Below, one piece after another: positions 48,516-58,907 of a DNA stretch of 64,000 nucleotides. The notes below the pieces were generated by a model. The model ran no database searches, had not been told where the DNA came from, and was given only the letters and a program-made list of their open reading frames with translations. A program made the position numbers and the translations under genes. Positions within the stretch are counted from its first letter, which is position 1. The number at the start of each line of letters is the position of its first letter. Source of the DNA: Candidatus Latescibacterota bacterium (lineage in GTDB: Bacteria > Latescibacterota > UBA2968 > UBA8231); contig OZ244561.1 of assembly GCA_965217585.1 (NCBI GenBank), forward strand, positions 5,440,001 to 5,504,000, read 5' to 3'.

Positions 48516-49939
48516 CACATCGGCCCTACGCGCCGGGGGCCCCGGTCCATCGCCAGCATCGACGCGTCGAAACTCTTTTGCATCAACTCCAACTTGAGCG
48601 GCTGCGCTTGCGGCTCGTCCCACATGTTTTCGAACTCATCTGGGTCCTCTTCCAAGTCGTACAGCTCTCCCAAATCGTGCCCGTGGTAGAGCACTAACTT
48701 GTAGCGCTCGTCGCGGTACATAGTGGCAAAGGTGCCATCGGGCGCGTCCAAGGCATCGTAGTACTCGCAGCGGACGAAGTCGCGGTGGGGTGCTGCACTC
48801 TCGCCGCGCAAAATCGGCAAGAGCGAACGGCCGGTCATCCGCTCCGGCACCTCTAGCCCGGCCAGCTCCAAAAGCGTCGGTGCCTTATCGGTCAACTCGA
48901 CCAGATCGCCGCGCACCAAGCCCTGCTCAAAGTGCCCCGGCCAAGAAAAAATCAGCGGCACCCGCACCAAGCCCTCGTAAAAGCGGCAACCCTTCTGGAT
49001 CAGCCCGTGGTCGCCGAGCATTTCGCCGTGGTCGGACGTAAAAATCACCACCGTATTGTCGCGCTGGCCCGTGTCTTCGAGCGCGGCCAGCATCCTGCCC
49101 ACTTGGTCGTCGATCTGCTTGATCATCGCGCAGTACGCCGCCTGCAACACGCGGGCATCGGCCCCAAGCGTCGGGCGGTCTTTGTGCAAGGGGTCGCGGA
49201 TATCGAGCTGGTCGGGCCGTCGTCCCTTGGATTGAAAATCAATCGCCGCCAGCTTTTCCTGTTGCGCCAAATCGCTGTCGGCAAACAGCGGCCCGGGCAT
49301 GGCTACCGGATCAAAGCGGTCGCGGTAGCTCTGCGGCGGATTGAACGGCGGGTGTGGGTCGTAGATGTTGACGCTGGCCAGCCAAGGGGCGTCGCGTTTT
49401 TGGCTCATAAACTCAATGGTTTTCTCAGCACACCACGTCGTCTGGTGGAACTCGGCCGGCAGGCCGTGGGGATATTGCTTCATCAGCTCGCCTAAGACTT
49501 CCCCCTTTTCCCGCACCCAATCCGCATAGCCGTGCCCCTGCGGCCAGTCGTCGCGGGGCGCGTGGCTGTATTCCCAGTAGCGATACCCGTCATTGACGCG
49601 CGGCTCAATGCGGCCATAGGCGCTGGCCAAGTGCAGCTTGCCAATTAGCCCGCAGTCGTACCCAGCCTCGGCCAACATCCGCGTAACCAGCGGCGGGTGG
49701 TCGGGAAAACTATCGAGGCCGTTGCCATTGATGTGGACGGCGCTGGCGTACTGGCCGGTGAGAAAACTCGCCCGGCTCGGCGTGCAGATCGGGCTTTGGC
49801 AATAGGCGTGGGTAAAGGCCACGCCCTCGGCGACTAGCTGATCGACGTGCGGTGTATCGACGTGGGCATAACCAAGCGCGCCAATCGTGTCGTAGCGCTG
49901 CTGATCCGTGCAGATCCAGAAGATGTTCGGAGGCGTCAT
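48515..49939 (-). CDS. Sulfatase (formylglycine-dependent)
   Basis: PNI....DQ, CTPSRAS, GKLH, SDHG. Confidence 0.95.
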   Translation of the reverse strand: MTPPNIFWICTDQQRYDTIGALGYAHVDTPHVDQLVAEGVAFTHAYCQSPICTPSRASFLTGQYASAVHINGNGLDSFPDHPPLVTRMLAEAGYDCGLIGKLHLASAYGRIEPRVNDGYRYWEYSHAPRDDWPQGHGYADWVREKGEVLGELMKQYPHGLPAEFHQTTWCAEKTIEFMSQKRDAPWLASVNIYDPHPPFNPPQSYRDRFDPVAMPGPLFADSDLAQQEKLAAIDFQSKGRRPDQLDIRDPLHKDRPTLGADARVLQAAYCAMIKQIDDQVGRMLAALEDTGQRDNTVVIFTSDHGEMLGDHGLIQKGCRFYEGLVRVPLIFSWPGHFEQGLVRGDLVELTDKAPTLLELAGLEVPERMTGRSLLPILRGESAAPHRDFVRCEYYDALDAPDGTFATMYRDERYKLVLYHGHDLGELYDLEEDPDEFENMWDEPQAQPLKLELMQKSFDASMLAMDRGPRRVGPM

Positions 49940-50412
49940 GACGGAAGTGTCCTTTATCAGGCTAAGTCTCTTTTTTTTAATAAGTTACGACGCAGTACAA
50001 TAGGGCACAAGGAGCGATTAGCTGCCGTTGCTATTACCATGACAAACGCAGGTCTGGGCCGTCAGACATATTACAATTTAGTGGGACGACGCAGCGTTGC
50101 TCTAAATCCCAGCCCGACCATCGACGAACCACACTACTTGGTGATCGGTCGCATTACCGACAAGCATTGGTCCGCCGAAACATCGACAACGACCATACCG
50201 TTTTTCCCTACATCGGCTACTACGGCACTAACAGATTTTGGCTCGGGTAATGGCGGCCAGCCGAAGGAAACGTCGATCCCGTCGGGCGTAGTTCGCGCTA
50301 CATTGGTTATCAGGCTTGCCTAACCTCAACCTCGTCCTCATGGTACCAACCGCGTGATGCCTTACGGTTCCCTCTACGACAGCTTCACTTGACGTAATGC
50401 CGTCTACAGCGA

Positions 50413-50965
50413 TTATGCTGCCTCCTCTTTCCTATATCGATCACTTTTGAACTTCTCCGCAAACTCCACGGCAGCCTGCCCCTTTGGATGACACTCTGAG
50501 TGGACGAGTACGCCGTTAGATAGGTTGGTAGCTCCACCCTTTGAGTGCTCTTCGACATGGTGGTACTCCGCTTCTTCCCACAGAACTTCGCTCCTACAAA
50601 CAGCGCAAAGCTTCTCGTCGCGATGATAAATTAGTTCGCGCTCAATCTTACCGAATTTGCGTCTGGGATCTTTAGGAACAGGATGGAGCTCTTCCCGCAT
50701 CTTGTATGCGAAGAACTCATGCCGCCGTTGAATGGTGTCTGCGCGATCAGAATTCACGCGGGTTTGCTGGCCATACCTCAACCAGTATTCGTTGGGGACA
50801 TCGTCATTCCGCGTCAGCTTGGCCTTCGTTAAATTCTCGCGAAACCGGTCAAACGCAACAGCAAAATTATTCTCCCATGATCGGGTATAATCGTCAAGAA
50901 GGGCATCCATGAGCAACATGAGATGGATAGCTTCATGTGCGAGCAACTTTTTCCGTTTCCTTCTT
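50413..50965 (-). pseudogene. HNH endonuclease, C-terminal remnant (probably DUF262/GmrS-HNH type)
   Basis: DPRRKF, CAVC, HHVEEHSKGG.T...N...H.ECH. No proper 5' end; AT-rich. Confidence 0.65.
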
Positions 50966-51029
50966 TAGTGTAAGGATTTTAAGATCCTCTAAGCTATGAG
51001 GTGGCCTTGTCGCGCGAACTCAACACCCC

Positions 51030-51977
51030 CTACGGCAAAAACTGCGCCACAGCCGCGCTGCGCCACTGCATCTGTTGCGCGGTCGTCTCGTGCGGCTTGA
51101 AGGCGCGGGCGACCTCGGCAATCGGCACGCCCCGCATCTCGATCCGCTCCAACTCGGCCACTCCGTAGCCCAAGGTGTCGGCGTAGTGCAAAAGGCCCAG
51201 TTCCATCGGCTCAAAGCCCATGGCCTTGGCCATGACCGCATCCACGGCAAACACATCGGCTGACGCCGCGGCCGCACCCATAGGCACCGCATCGGTTCCC
51301 CCAGGGCCATTGCCCTGCAAGCCCACTGTGCCATCGACGATCCCGATGTCCGGCTTGAGATACTGGGCCAAGCGGATCAAGTTCACGTTGAGCACCTCGG
51401 CTTCGCTGGGCAACACGCGCTCGGCATGCGAGGGATAGCCGTGCATCTTGATGCGATCCTCTTTGTGCAGCGTCCCCATAATCATGTTCTTCTGCGCCAA
51501 AGTAACCACGCACACGTCGTGGGTCTTGGCCACGGCCACCGAGATGGTGCAGGGGCATTCGAGGACCACACTCGGCATCCGCACGGTCGCCGCGACGCCG
51601 CCGGCCATGTAAATCGCCGTCTCTTCCCACCGCGTCTCCTGATGCAGATCGACCAAGCGAATCGGCACCGGATATTCTTCGATTAGTGCGTCATAGCCGA
51701 AGTTGGCAAACGCCTCGCCGGAAAACTTCTCGTTGCCGCCTTCGGCAATGACGATCTCCTCGGGCGGCTGCGCCGTACTCAGCAAAAAGTCGATGGCACC
51801 GCGCATGGCGTCGGCGTGGGTCGAGGCGAGGGGATTTTCGCTAGACAGGAAATTCGGCTTGAGCATCACTTGGGCGGTTAGCTTTGGCTCGACGTCCTCG
51901 CGCACCAAATTTAGCGCTTGATATACGTTGGCTTGCCGCGCACCGGCGCGGGCCAAACCCACTCGGGCTGTATTCAT
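51030..51977 (-). CDS. DUF362 domain protein
   Basis: LKPN, STH, AEG, KTH, TLA.KN, DG..G..GNGP, DAV. Confidence 0.85.
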   Translation of the reverse strand: MNTARVGLARAGARQANVYQALNLVREDVEPKLTAQVMLKPNFLSSENPLASTHADAMRGAIDFLLSTAQPPEEIVIAEGGNEKFSGEAFANFGYDALIEEYPVPIRLVDLHQETRWEETAIYMAGGVAATVRMPSVVLECPCTISVAVAKTHDVCVVTLAQKNMIMGTLHKEDRIKMHGYPSHAERVLPSEAEVLNVNLIRLAQYLKPDIGIVDGTVGLQGNGPGGTDAVPMGAAAASADVFAVDAVMAKAMGFEPMELGLLHYADTLGYGVAELERIEMRGVPIAEVARAFKPHETTAQQMQWRSAAVAQFLP

Positions 51978-52062
51978 ATCGCATGTCTCCTTGGTTGATG
52001 ATGCCTTGCCCGCTTTCTGGCCCCAATGTATCATTTCTCTTTTCTGCAATCAATCTACGCCT

Positions 52063-53418
52063 ATGCGTCTGACCTTTGAAGAAGGCACCCTGCTCCTGCG
52101 CGACTACGTCGGCCCAGACGCGCCCCCGGCCTTTGTCTGGGATGCGCGCGTCGATCACTGGCGCGCCCAAGCCCACTTCTACCGCGAAAGCGTCGAACAC
52201 CTCAAACAAAATGGAGTCGCATTCAAGAATACGGCCCCGCGCTATAATACCCTTTCCCTGCAACTGCGAACCGCGCCTGAGCCGCACCCACACCAAGCTG
52301 AAAGCATCGCCGCTTGGCAACAGCACGGCTGTCGCGGCGTGGTCGTCTTGCCCACGGGCACGGGCAAGTCGCAGGTCGCGCTCATGGCTATGGTAGAAGT
52401 CCAGCGCAGCACCCTCGTCGTCGCTCCCACCATCGACCTGATGAACCAGTGGTACGACCTGCTCACCCGCTCGTTTGCCGTCGAGGTCGGCCTGCTCGGC
52501 GGCGGCTACCACGAGCTAGCCGACCTGACCGTCGCCACCTACGACAGCGCCTATATGCAAATGGATCGCTACGGCAACCGCTTCGGCCTCATAGTCTTCG
52601 ACGAGGTCCACCACCTGCCCGGCGAAATGTACAGCCACGCCGCCGAAATGTGTCTAGCACCCTACCGCCTAGGGCTGACGGCCACGCCGGAACGCGCCGA
52701 TGGCCGCCACGTACTCCTCGACACCTTAGTCGGTCCCATAGCCTATGAGCGCGGCATCCGCGCCTTGTCCGGCGAGTACTTGGCCGAGTATCGCGTCGAA
52801 CGCCGCCAAGTGGACATGGTCGCCGAGGAACGCGTCCAGTACGAGGCCGCCCGCGACGAGTACCGGGCCTTCCTCACCGACAAGAACATTCGCCTCGGCA
52901 CGACCGATGGCTGGCGGCACTTCGTCATGCTCTCGGCCAAAAGCACCAGCGGCCGACGCGCCATGCATGCCTACCGCCGCCATCGCCAACTCGCCCTCGG
53001 CGCGACGGCCAAGCTCCGCGTCCTCGAAGACATCCTCAAGGCCCACCCGCGCGACCGCGTGTTGATTTTTACCAACGACAACGAGACCGTCCATCAGATC
53101 TCCCGCACCTTCCTAGTCCCGGCCATTACCCACCGCACCCGCACGCGGGAGCGCAAGGCCATCCTCGAGGCCTTCAACAAGGGGGAGTACCTCGCCCTCG
53201 TCGCCTCAAAAGTGCTCAACGAGGGCGTCAATATCCCCGAAGCCAACGTCGCGGTGGTCCTCTCCGGCTCGGGCACCATCCGCGAGCACGTCCAGCGCCT
53301 CGGGCGCATCCTCCGCCGCCGCCAAGGCAAGGAAGCCGTACTCTACGAAGTGATCTCCAAAGACACGGTCGAAGATAACATCAGCGACCGCCGCCGCCGC
53401 CACGAAGCCTACGAGTAG
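52063..53418 (+). CDS. XPB/Rad25-like SF2 helicase
   Basis: LPTGTGKS, DEVHH, GLTATPER, VLNEG, QRLGR.LR. Confidence 0.9.
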   Translation: MRLTFEEGTLLLRDYVGPDAPPAFVWDARVDHWRAQAHFYRESVEHLKQNGVAFKNTAPRYNTLSLQLRTAPEPHPHQAESIAAWQQHGCRGVVVLPTGTGKSQVALMAMVEVQRSTLVVAPTIDLMNQWYDLLTRSFAVEVGLLGGGYHELADLTVATYDSAYMQMDRYGNRFGLIVFDEVHHLPGEMYSHAAEMCLAPYRLGLTATPERADGRHVLLDTLVGPIAYERGIRALSGEYLAEYRVERRQVDMVAEERVQYEAARDEYRAFLTDKNIRLGTTDGWRHFVMLSAKSTSGRRAMHAYRRHRQLALGATAKLRVLEDILKAHPRDRVLIFTNDNETVHQISRTFLVPAITHRTRTRERKAILEAFNKGEYLALVASKVLNEGVNIPEANVAVVLSGSGTIREHVQRLGRILRRRQGKEAVLYEVISKDTVEDNISDRRRRHEAYE

Positions 53419-53423
53419 GCACA

Positions 53424-54662
53424 GTGCTGACCTCGGACCTCTTGCTGACCCGCTCGCGCGGCCCCTATATCGAACCGCGCTATGTCGCCGTCGAGGACCC
53501 GGCCTTCATTGACCTAGCCCAAGCGCTCATCGAGATCCACGCCGAACACCAGGGCAAAACCCGGCGAGAGTTACAACACGCCCTCCACTTGCTCGCCGGG
53601 GATCGCACTGACTACCGCATCCAGCGCGGCCTAGCCAAGCTGCTCTGCGACCACTACTGCGAGTTCCACGTCGCCAGCCCTCAGCCCCCTGAAGAATTGC
53701 GCCATGCCGTTTTTACGCTGGCCCGCGCCCACCATCCGGTCGTCCGCGAGACCAGCCTCATCTACCCAGTCAAACGCGAGGATCTACTGGAGCAGGTCGC
53801 CCTCAAACACCAGATCAGCAGCGAAGACGTGCTCGCCGGGCTGTACGCCGACCTGCCCGAAAACCACCAGCTTGCCACCTTTGCCGCGCCCTCGCCCAAC
53901 GAGTTGCTCCTGCGCTATAACGTGGCATTGGCCCAAGCCATGCTCTACCGCTGCGAAATCTTGCGCCTGAGCGTCTATCGCAATCTGCCGGTGCGCTACA
54001 AGCAGCTCTTCAAGTTCATCAAGTTCTACCGACTGATCCACACCATCGAAGGCGATGTCGATGCCGGTTATGAGATCGCCCTCGACGGCCCGGTGAGCAT
54101 GTTCCGCCACTCACAGAAATACGGCCTGCAAATGGCGGTTTTCCTCCCGGCCCTATTGCTGTGTACCCGCTGGTCAATGCAAGCCGATATTGTCCGCAAG
54201 GACGACCGCCGTCAGCACTTCGTCCTCGACGACCAATCGGGCCTCGTGTCGCACTACAAGGATCAGACCCTGTACGACTCCCTGCTGGAGGAAACGTTTG
54301 CCACGCGCTTTGCCAAGGCCAAAACCGCTTGGCAGCTCGAACGCGAAAGCGAAGTGGTCAATCTCAAAGAGACTGTGATGATCCCGGACTTCACCTTCCG
54401 CCATCCCGACGGCCGCACGGCGCTTTTGGAAATCATGGGCTACTGGCGGCCCGAGTATCTGCGGCGCAAGCTCGCAAAACTACGCCAGGCCCAGCGCAAG
54501 GACTTGCTGGTGGCCGTCTCGTCCAACCTCAATGTCAGCGAGGATGATTTTAAGAACGTGCCCGGCGGAGTCTTCTTTTTTCGCAATAAGGTCCAGCCCA
54601 AAGACGTCATACATTTATTGGACCAGATCGAACCGCCCGCCGCTGGGCAACCTAGCAAGTGA
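53424..54662 (+). CDS. DUF790 / Bax1-like endonuclease
   Basis: MLTSDLL, LYADL, RYN..LAQ, DGP.S, DSLLE..F, IPDF, EIMGYW.PEYL..K. Confidence 0.85.
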   Translation: MLTSDLLLTRSRGPYIEPRYVAVEDPAFIDLAQALIEIHAEHQGKTRRELQHALHLLAGDRTDYRIQRGLAKLLCDHYCEFHVASPQPPEELRHAVFTLARAHHPVVRETSLIYPVKREDLLEQVALKHQISSEDVLAGLYADLPENHQLATFAAPSPNELLLRYNVALAQAMLYRCEILRLSVYRNLPVRYKQLFKFIKFYRLIHTIEGDVDAGYEIALDGPVSMFRHSQKYGLQMAVFLPALLLCTRWSMQADIVRKDDRRQHFVLDDQSGLVSHYKDQTLYDSLLEETFATRFAKAKTAWQLERESEVVNLKETVMIPDFTFRHPDGRTALLEIMGYWRPEYLRRKLAKLRQAQRKDLLVAVSSNLNVSEDDFKNVPGGVFFFRNKVQPKDVIHLLDQIEPPAAGQPSK

Positions 54663-54808
54663 GCATTACATTGTGAACTCCCGAAGGGGCGCGTGGAAAT
54701 GGCAGCCTTCTGCGCCTGAATCCATTCGTCAGCAGATCATTCTTCCATTCGGAAACCTGGCAACCCTCCACGACAGCTAAATGGTCGTGCAAAACTCTAG
54801 GAGCAACC

Positions 54809-55480
54809 ATGGACGGCATTCACGACATGGGCGGGATGCATGGATTTGGCCCCATTATACGCGAAGAAAACGAACCTTTATTCCACCATCCCTGGGAGGG
54901 CCGGGTACTTGCCATGGCGGTAGCGACCCCTGTACCAGTCCCCGGAGGCTCCCGCAACAACATCGAAAACATGGATCCGGCACACTATCTGTCGTCCAGC
55001 TATTACGAAAAATGGCTGCACTCCCGCATCAAAGGGCTGATTGACGCCGGCGTGCTAACCCCGGAAGAGTTGGAGACGCGGATGGCGCTTTTCCGACACC
55101 ATCCCAATGCCGAAACCCCGGTGCATCCCGACCCCGATGCCGTCCGAGCGGAACTCAAGCGCTCGCGCCCTGCGGATTTACCCCCACAGAAAATGGATAT
55201 CCAGCCGCAATTTTCCCCGGGCGACCGCGTACGGTCGCGCAATATCCATCCCGCAGGCCACACCCGGCTCCCCCAATACGCGCGGGGCAAATACGGCACG
55301 GTCACCAATTTCTACGGCATCTACAATCTCCAAGACGCCGAACTGCCCGCAGGATGTGCAACTCGCCAGCAACCCTTATATGCCGTGCGCTTTGACGCCG
55401 CGGAACTGTGGGGTAGTGCCGCTGAAACAAAAAGTGCCGTCTATCTGGATATGTGGGAAAGCTACCTAGAACCGGCGTAA
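54809..55480 (+). CDS. nthB: Nitrile hydratase beta subunit
   Basis: [27 protein letters not shown]...ELWG, WESYL. Confidence 0.95.
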   Translation: MDGIHDMGGMHGFGPIIREENEPLFHHPWEGRVLAMAVATPVPVPGGSRNNIENMDPAHYLSSSYYEKWLHSRIKGLIDAGVLTPEELETRMALFRHHPNAETPVHPDPDAVRAELKRSRPADLPPQKMDIQPQFSPGDRVRSRNIHPAGHTRLPQYARGKYGTVTNFYGIYNLQDAELPAGCATRQQPLYAVRFDAAELWGSAAETKSAVYLDMWESYLEPA

Positions 55481-55509
55481 TCAATCCCAATCACAAAAGG
55501 ATTTTCGTT

Positions 55510-56118
55510 ATGAATAATTTTCGCGAAGCCGCCCAAACCGAGACGGACGCAGCCCTGCGCACCAGAGCACTCGAATCGCTCCTGATCGAAAAGGGATTAC
55601 TTACAACGGATCTTATAGACGAAATCGTGCAGAAATATGAACAAGACGTAGGCCCGCTCAATGGCGCCAAAGTGGTTGCCCGCGCCTGGAGCGATCCGGA
55701 CTATAAGCGCCGGCTGCTCGAAGACGGCACCGCAGCTATTGCCGAACTGGGTTTTGGCGACGCACAGGGTGCCAAAATCGTCGTACTGGAAAACGCATCA
55801 AGCGTCCACCACGTCGTCGTTTGCACCCTTTGTTCCTGTTATCCCTGGTCCGTACTCGGCCTGCCGCCGAATTGGTACAAGTCCTACGCCTATCGCTCTC
55901 GGGCGGTGCGGGAGCCGAGAGCGGTCTTGCGGGAATTTGACCTCGATCTACCCGATTCGGTCGAAATCCGCGTCTGGGACAGCAACTCGGATCTCCGCTA
56001 CATGGTGCTGCCCGAACGCCCTGCCGGCACGGAAGACCATACCGAACAACAGCTCGTTTCGCTTGTCACGCGCGACTCGATGATCGGCGTGGCTAAGATT
56101 GAATCTCCTGCACAGTGA
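55510..56118 (+). CDS. nthA: Nitrile hydratase alpha subunit (Co-type)
   Basis: Metal motif VCTLCSCY; the Thr and Tyr positions indicate cobalt type. Confidence 0.95.
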   Translation: MNNFREAAQTETDAALRTRALESLLIEKGLLTTDLIDEIVQKYEQDVGPLNGAKVVARAWSDPDYKRRLLEDGTAAIAELGFGDAQGAKIVVLENASSVHHVVVCTLCSCYPWSVLGLPPNWYKSYAYRSRAVREPRAVLREFDLDLPDSVEIRVWDSNSDLRYMVLPERPAGTEDHTEQQLVSLVTRDSMIGVAKIESPAQ

Positions 56119-56125
56119 GGCCAAG

Positions 56126-56503
56126 ATGACCCCAAAAGCCGACGGACATATCTCCGCAATGGAAGCACAAATCGCCCTGCCTAGAGAGAATGGAGAACTG
56201 GTTTTTCAGGCACCTTGGGAAGCACGCGCTTTTGGCCTTGCCGTTGCACTCAATGAAAAAGAGCTCTACGAGTGGCGCGAGTTCAGTGCGGAACTGGCTG
56301 CGAAAATCGCGGCGGCCGAACCAAACAACGACCCATCGAGCTATTATGCCCGCTGGGTCGCATCGCTCGAAGAGTTGGTCATTGCGAGGGGCCTAATCAG
56401 CCGGGAACAACTAGACGCCAGAACAGCAGAATACGCCGCTGGCATGTACGACGATCACGATCATCACCACGATCCGCTGACTAGGCGGCAGGCTCAGCGC
56501 TGA
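56126..56503 (+). CDS. Nitrile hydratase accessory (P14K-like) protein
   Basis: F.APWEARAF, YY..W..SLE, His-rich tail DDHDHHHD. Confidence 0.9.
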   Translation: MTPKADGHISAMEAQIALPRENGELVFQAPWEARAFGLAVALNEKELYEWREFSAELAAKIAAAEPNNDPSSYYARWVASLEELVIARGLISREQLDARTAEYAAGMYDDHDHHHDPLTRRQAQR

Positions 56504-57803
56504 ATTTGCGCTGTACAAAACGCAGCGCGGCGTAGTAGCTATCGAGCTGCCCTTCCAACTGGGCGTCCTCGACGGCAGTGAGAATTTCCCTAAACAGTGG
56601 CCCGGGAGCAAAACCCAAGGCGATGAGGTCGTCGCCTGTGAGCAGGGTCGGCGGGCGCAGATGTTCCTTTTTTAAGTCGACCAACTGCTCTTGGCAAAAC
56701 TCGTATAGGTCTAGCTTACCGTGGCTGGCCAAGCAATCGGCGCGATGCAATTGGAGCAGCTCTGGGAAGTGCGGCTCGCGCGCCAGACGCGCGAGCGTGC
56801 TCGGGCGCATCTGGCGCGCGTGGCCGATCCGCATGTGGTCGGCCACAAGCACGCGAATGCGCGCGCGCGCCTCGTTGGACATGCGCAGCCGCCCGCAAAT
56901 CGCAGCCGCCATTTTGGCCCCGACCGCGTCGTGGCCATGGAAGCGGATGCGCTCGGCTCGCACCATAGTTGACGGCTTGCCAATGTCGTGGAGCAACGCG
57001 CTCCAAGCCAACTCAGCCGACGGCTTGTCGAGATATTCAAAGAGGAGCTGGACGTGGGTCCACACATCGCCTTCGGGATGGAATTCAGCGTCTTGTGGCA
57101 CGCCCCGCATGGCCGCGACTTCCGGCAGCACGGCCTGCAGCAGGCCCGACTGCTCCAAAAGGCGCAAGCCGCGCACGGCCCCGCCCTCGGTCAACAGTAG
57201 GGTTAGCTCGTCGCGGAGACGCTCGGCACTGACACCGACAATGCACCCGGCCCGGGCGCAGAGCGCGTCCCACGTCGCGGGTTCGATGGTAAAGCCGAGC
57301 CGGGCTGCAAAGCGCACGGTCCGCAACAGGCGCAGATTGTCTTCGGCAAAGCGCGCGGCCGGGTCGCCGATGGCACGGATGATCCCAGCGTCGAGATCGC
57401 ACTGCCCGCCGACGTAATCGAGGATCGCGCCGCTTTCCGGGTCGTAGAACAGGCCGTTAATGGTAAAGTCGCGGCGCTGGGCGTCGGCGCGGCCGTCGGC
57501 CAGCTCGATGGATGCGGGACGGCGACCATTGTGGTACGGGCCATCGCGGCGGAAGCGCGCCACCTCGTAGTCGCCCTCTTCGAGCACCACCACCGAGATG
57601 CCAAACTGCGCGCCTACCGCCACCGTGTTCTCGAAGAGCGCAGCCACCTCTTCTGGCCCGGCATCCGTAGCCACATCCCAGTCCTTGGGCACGCGCCCCA
57701 ACGCCAAGTCACGCACACAACCACCGGCCAGCAGAGCTTGGAAGCCGGCCCGGCGCAAGGTCTCGACGACGCGCAGGGCCCCAGGGTCTATATCTGCGTC
57801 CAT
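56481..57803 (-). CDS. cca: CCA tRNA nucleotidyltransferase with HD domain
   Basis: GGCVRD, DWD, RRDFTIN, ED.LR, HPEGDV..H, LLHDIGK. Confidence 0.9.
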   Translation of the reverse strand: MDADIDPGALRVVETLRRAGFQALLAGGCVRDLALGRVPKDWDVATDAGPEEVAALFENTVAVGAQFGISVVVLEEGDYEVARFRRDGPYHNGRRPASIELADGRADAQRRDFTINGLFYDPESGAILDYVGGQCDLDAGIIRAIGDPAARFAEDNLRLLRTVRFAARLGFTIEPATWDALCARAGCIVGVSAERLRDELTLLLTEGGAVRGLRLLEQSGLLQAVLPEVAAMRGVPQDAEFHPEGDVWTHVQLLFEYLDKPSAELAWSALLHDIGKPSTMVRAERIRFHGHDAVGAKMAAAICGRLRMSNEARARIRVLVADHMRIGHARQMRPSTLARLAREPHFPELLQLHRADCLASHGKLDLYEFCQEQLVDLKKEHLRPPTLLTGDDLIALGFAPGPLFREILTAVEDAQLEGQLDSYYAALRFVQRKFSAEPAA

Positions 57804-57808
57804 CCTAT

Positions 57809-58795
57809 TTACTCAGCCACCTTAAAACTCTCAACCCGACTCACCGAATTCTCAATCCCCTCGGCGTGCGTACTGGCCACGACTTTCCAGTAGTACACCT
57901 GTCCGGGTTCGAGCGTGACCAAGCGACCTTCCTTAATGCGACCGGTAAATACGGCTGTGGTATCGCTAGTCAGCGGAATGTCCGACACTTCGCCGCTGGT
58001 CAGCGAGGTGGTGACGATCACCCGGAATGCGTGCGCCTCGGGCAAGCGGCTCCAAGTAAAGGTCAAAGGTGCAGAGCTCTCTTCCCCGGCGACCGGGACC
58101 AACAGCACCGGCGAGGGCAGCGCGACATCGCTCACCTCCTCGGAGGCATTGCTTTCCTTGCCGCCGCCATCTATCGCCGTAATCCGGTAGTAGTACACCG
58201 CGCCGACCTCGATCTCCTCGTCGACAAAGCCCGGCCCTGACACCTGCTTCAGCAAATGCTCGAGGCTCGGAGTAAAACCCGCCTCAGTCGAGCGATAGAC
58301 CCGGTAGCCAACGAGATCGGTCTCCGGGTTTTCATTCCAGTCGAGTGTAATGTCGAGCTGGCCGAGTAATTCGAGGTGGTGCGCTACGGCGCGCACCGAA
58401 GCCGGCACCTGCGGGCTCAAGCTGTTGAGGGGCTGTCCACTGATGGCATTCGAGGGGCTGCTCTCGCCGCCGCCGTTTATCGCGGTTACTCGATAGGTGT
58501 ACTCCAGCTCGTATTGCAGGCCCTGATCCTTGAATCGGGTCTCGAACGTGGAGTCGATGGCCACGGCCGCGGCGTCCCCCACCGAGCGATAGACGACGTA
58601 GAGCACCTCGTCTGCGCCCCCGGCAGCCTGCCAATTGAGCCACACCTCGCCGTCGCCGATGCGTTCCACACTCAGCGCGCGCGGCGCCTGTGGGGGATCG
58701 ACAGTTGCGACGGGAGCGGTGCCCTTTTCGCCGTCGCCGCCGCAGTGCCACAACCCGACGACGACGACAATCCATGCAAATTTTAGGCGTTTCAT
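57809..58795 (-). CDS. Fibronectin type III repeat lipoprotein
   Basis: Lipoprotein-like LWHC, and Y.VYRS / Y.YRVTA...GES repeats. Confidence 0.8.
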   Translation of the reverse strand: MKRLKFAWIVVVVGLWHCGGDGEKGTAPVATVDPPQAPRALSVERIGDGEVWLNWQAAGGADEVLYVVYRSVGDAAAVAIDSTFETRFKDQGLQYELEYTYRVTAINGGGESSPSNAISGQPLNSLSPQVPASVRAVAHHLELLGQLDITLDWNENPETDLVGYRVYRSTEAGFTPSLEHLLKQVSGPGFVDEEIEVGAVYYYRITAIDGGGKESNASEEVSDVALPSPVLLVPVAGEESSAPLTFTWSRLPEAHAFRVIVTTSLTSGEVSDIPLTSDTTAVFTGRIKEGRLVTLEPGQVYYWKVVASTHAEGIENSVSRVESFKVAE

Positions 58796-58872
58796 ATTCT
58801 TCTACCTCCCCAGATAGATTAATCGCCTCTCTGCCAAAAGTACCATTACCCACCCAAAATGGGCAAGCACTT

Positions 58873-58901
58873 TTGACAAGCAGCCGCCTCGAAGTTATTG
58901 T
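58873..58901 (+). promoter_or_regulatory. Putative sigma70 promoter
   Basis: TTGACA-17 nt-TATTGT; the ATG at 58908 begins 7 nt after the -10 element. Confidence 0.45.
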
Positions 58902-58907
58902 GTCGCT

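Noticed and set aside
49847-50323. 158-aa plus-strand ORF
   Set aside because: Overlaps the sulfatase start antisense and has no recognisable motifs.
54663-54808. Metal- or guanidine-sensing riboswitch upstream of nthB
   Set aside because: No recognisable consensus; only a short inverted repeat.
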